DNA of 64,000 nucleotides from Dysidea avara (Eukaryota): NCBI RefSeq assembly GCF_963678975.1, contig NC_089278.1, positions 6,740,531 to 6,804,530 of the forward strand, read 5' to 3'. Shown piece by piece: positions 60,459 to 64,000 of this stretch (position 1 is its first letter; each line of letters starts with the position of its first letter). The notes under the pieces were generated by a model. It saw only the letters and a program-made list of their open reading frames with translations, ran no database searches and was not told where the DNA came from. The position numbers and the translations under genes were made by a program.

Positions 60459-61544
60459 CTTTTAGGTAGATTATTTAAAAACTTCTTAAGTACCTGTATT
60501 TCTTCTTTGTACTATGACAATAGTTTTTAATTGTTGCTTGTAAACTACAAATGGCAAAAAACATGTGATATGATATAAGTATGTGATATGGGAGAAGCCT
60601 TATTGTTTTAGTTATTTTTCTAGTATTTGCCTGACATGTCAGAAATGGGTAGTAATGCTGATTGCAACATGTGGGATAAGAGCTGTATTATGAGAATCAA
60701 TTGTGGGTTTTAGTTTATGTATCAAAGCTCTTCAATATATCCCTGATATGTCAGGCAAACTTTACTTACTTACGACAAGCTGGCCACAATGCAAGGTAAA
60801 TATTGTACATTAATATGTTAATTGTAAAGCTTTGCATTTCCATGAAATTAACACTTTAGATCCTCTCTGACATGTTGGAATGAGTCTATAAATTATCAGA
60901 ATCTAAATCTAGATGTCAAGCATTAAAAAGGTGTAGCTATCAATGAAGAAAGCTAAATTCAACCACGAATGTTGGCAAGAGTGATTTGTCGAACCACATT
61001 AGTAGAACTGTATGTATAAGAAAACAACATCGATATGAACATGAAGACTGAAGCTTCTCACTTCCCCCAGCAAAAAAAAAAATTCTTCAGGGAACTCTTG
61101 GGATTGTATTCTTCAGTAAAGAGTTATGGGATCACATTCTACAGGAATCCGGAAATCAATCCTGAATTAAGTGATCCCAGGATCGCATTCTTCAGCAAAC
61201 CCCAACTGGCTAGCTGTTATGTACATAAACAAGCACCTAGTTCGTTGTTGAATGTTCCAACACAACAGTTTTACAGGGGCTAAAAACCTAGCAATAAACA
61301 AAACTCCACGTGATAAAGTATGTTGTGAATTTTAATATTGCGAAGTGCCCAAAATGCAAGATTAAGCCCTCACGATAAAAACCTGCTATACGGTATATTG
61401 CGTGTATGTGTTGTGAGAAGAGGTGGGTTAGTGTGTGTTGTATAGTTTTGTTGTGTGTAGTGTGTCGTATCACATAACTGTAGAAATCTTTCAGTAGTTT
61501 GGATAAAAGTTTACTGGTTACTGTGCAGGACATTAGAATCAATC

Positions 61545-64000
61545 ATGGCGCCACTACCAAAAGACGTGATCGCTGGACTGAAGGGTCAGCCATTCTGGCC
61601 ATTGTTCACTCGTCGTCTGAGAGTAAGGCACTTCTCTTGTGCAGAACAAGTGTTGACATTATTGTCTGCAGGAATACAGTCGTCAGTCAAGTTACCGAGT
61701 GACAGAGTATGCCACTGTGTGATAGTGTGATTGTTCCTAGTTACGTGTGCTGTGCAATACCTGTATTAGGGAAAGGATTGTTGGTAATATGTTTGTTGTA
61801 CCAGCTGAATGTATGCTATTGGGTATCCAGAACTTGTGCAATATCCAATTAACATGCCAATGAAAATATCTTAAAATCTGATATTCGAAGGATAGGAATA
61901 GTTGCATGCAAAATAATGTATTAGGTATGGGGTCTTAGTTATTGATTCCAAAAATAACTTTCTAAGTGGGGGGGGTATTCAATGGGAACATTTCTGTATT
62001 GGGGGTTACAAGTAGCTTTATCATATCGGTGGAATTGTGATGAGGCTGACATGTCACGTATCCTTGTCTATGGTGTTCATGTATTTTACGTAGTCTGAGA
62101 CACAAACTACCTACCAAGCCGCTACGAAATGAATTATTTTTGAGGACGATGCAGAAGAATAACATCGTATCTGACGGTGATTCAGCTGGTCGACTGTACG
62201 AACTATTGACAGACAACAAACCAGGCAAGCCATAGTAAGGTAGTGACCACCCTGATGTGTTGTGTGCAGTAGCTGTGTCAGTAGAAGACCTAGAGTCATT
62301 TTATGAGTCATGGAGAAGTGTGACAGACGATAACCAGAGCACAGATTTGCATACAGAACTTCTACAGATGGAGATCATGGGCTTCAAACATTCAGAGGTG
62401 TGTCACAGAGTTTATCACATTGTATTGTTTTAACGTATTATCAACAGAAAGTACTCGCTACTGTGACATCGTCGCAACTCAAGACTTCCTTTGGATCAGG
62501 TCATGTGATCCTGACAACTTGCAGGTGTGACATCATCTCCACTACAGTGTGTCTGTGACATACTGTGTTCAAATATGTAAAGTATTGTAGCACTTCAACT
62601 ATTCTGTAAATATTTTGTTACCTCTGACTTATATGTCTCTTTACTACTATATACTTTTGTCAGATTATTACTGCGGAACAGTTTGAAGATTTCCACAATC
62701 TGTGACCTCACTAGTAACGTAAAAGTTGAAAGACACGAAGACATCAACGTTTTGGGGGTTGGACAGCCAATGATCACATTTGGGACAGAGGCAGGTACAT
62801 CATCAACATCAAGTATAAAGTCGCAAGCATCATCAATTACGAAGTCGCAAGCAATATCAAGTATGAAGTCACAGGTTGTATTAGTGTTATAAGCTAACTT
62901 GTTAACAGGTACCAGACATCATCTGTCAGCTCCACGTTTTCCTAGAGCCACCATGCAGGCGTATTAAGCAGCCATACATTCTCTTCCATAATAAGTCCAC
63001 CAGGGAAATATGGCTGAAGATGATCAAAGAAATGGAAACTGGTTTACTAATGGCTAAAAGTTAGCTAGCACTATTGATGGTATATAATGTCATTTGAGCT
63101 GTGTAGCAAAGAAAGATGCAAATATTATTCAACAAGCTGAGACGAACATCATCGTTCTTAATGCCATCCTAAATTCTAATCTTAACTGCAAAGATGTTGT
63201 GAAGAAGTCTCCCAACGTAAGCTAAGGTGTCAATAGGGTGGTGCTCATGTGTTGTTACTATAGAAATTACTATATTACTGCACTAAAGATGTGGCATCAG
63301 GCTCTCAGCCTAATGTAGCCATAGAGAAGTCTCTGATTGTACGTATTAATCCTTCAATTAATTCAGACCTCTAAAGCCACTATCGAATGTTCACTGTATG
63401 TTCCACCAGGTGATACAATATAGTATGTCCATTGAGCCGCTAATTGTGTTGTGTGTGTAGATAATGGTAGTAGCACATACAGGAGGAAGATTGTGGCTTG
63501 GATTGGTGAGCATTATCTGGAATACTATCCATTCCCATGTTAACAATGATATATTACAGGGTACAGGCTTGTTGAGGGTATATGACATGGATCACTACTA
63601 CTTGGAGAGTGACACTAAAATAACAGACTGTACTCAGAAGACAAGTACTCGACTGGTATATGATGTACAACTTGCAATTGTTAAATTGTGCTCATTAATT
63701 TTGCTTTTTGTCAGTCTTCATTCCTTCTTGTCGACAACTTTGTGTGGGCAGGCTCTCTCAACCGAACCATACATATACTGGACTCTGACACCAGCACAGG
63801 TGTGTGAATTTGTTTCAATTTGTTTCCACTCACCAGTATGAAAATATTTATGGTGTTTGTTTTGTAATGTGTGTGCCTGCACGTGGTAAATCAGCACTTA
63901 ATTCTTGTATAGTGGTGTCGAAATTAAGCAATTTGGAAGATGATCCAAGTGTTCTTGCATTAGGAAAATTGGAACACCAAAAGTATGCAGAGATATTGTA
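61545..64000 (+). CDS. Gene 2 copy of unit 4 (multi-exon span). It runs off the right edge of the window.
   Basis: Homology to 13880-16350. Confidence 0.35.

Larger units (their letters stand above)
57425..61209. mobile_element. Inverted-repeat-bounded cassette of unit 4.
   Basis: Homolog of 9561-13528. Confidence 0.5.

Noticed and set aside
1-64000. CRISPR array or prokaryotic operon interpretation of the long direct repeats.
   Set aside because: The repeat unit is 16 kb and not 25-40 bp. The sequence has spliceosomal introns and microsatellites. It is a eukaryotic segmental duplication.

Overview
This window is eukaryotic nuclear DNA, AT-rich with an invertebrate-metazoan look. The evidence is many short GT..AG introns (40-250 bp), (CA)n, (TG)n and (GTT)n microsatellites, several MITE or foldback insertions, and no prokaryotic gene packing. 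From about position 1950 onward the window is a head-to-tail tandem array of roughly 4 copies of a ~16.2 kb unit. Anchors repeat at 11453, 27640, 43828 and 59136, and again at 4376, 18908, 35099 and 51723. Each unit has three parts. (1) It begins with one of two alternative junction segments. X-type is ~1.8 kb and carries the uDENN 5' exons; it occurs in units 1 and 4. Y-type is ~1.0 kb and carries the last WD40 exons; it occurs in units 2 and 3. (2) Next is a multi-exon DENN-domain gene (uDENN, DENN and dDENN motifs are readable) on the + strand. It appears intact in the X-type units. In the Y-type units it is disrupted by loss of the 5' exons, a TIR-element insertion inside an exon, and an intron shrunk to 15 bp. 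(3) Next is a ~3.97 kb cassette bounded by ~125-bp inverted repeats. It contains a frameshifted Merlin/IS1595 (ISXO2-like) DDE transposase remnant on the - strand. It also contains an intronless 440-aa ORF on the + strand that stays open in all four units. That ORF has protein-kinase-like motifs (HSDVRLPNI catalytic-loop-like, then IDFDF) near its C-terminus. (4) Last is a second multi-exon + strand gene ending in WD40 repeats, which runs across the unit junction. The left ~1.7 kb of the window is unique flank with at least two phase-consistent exons. No rRNA, tRNA or CRISPR was recognised. All coordinates are hand-derived and may be off by a few bp. Exon chains are partly phase-checked and partly unresolved.
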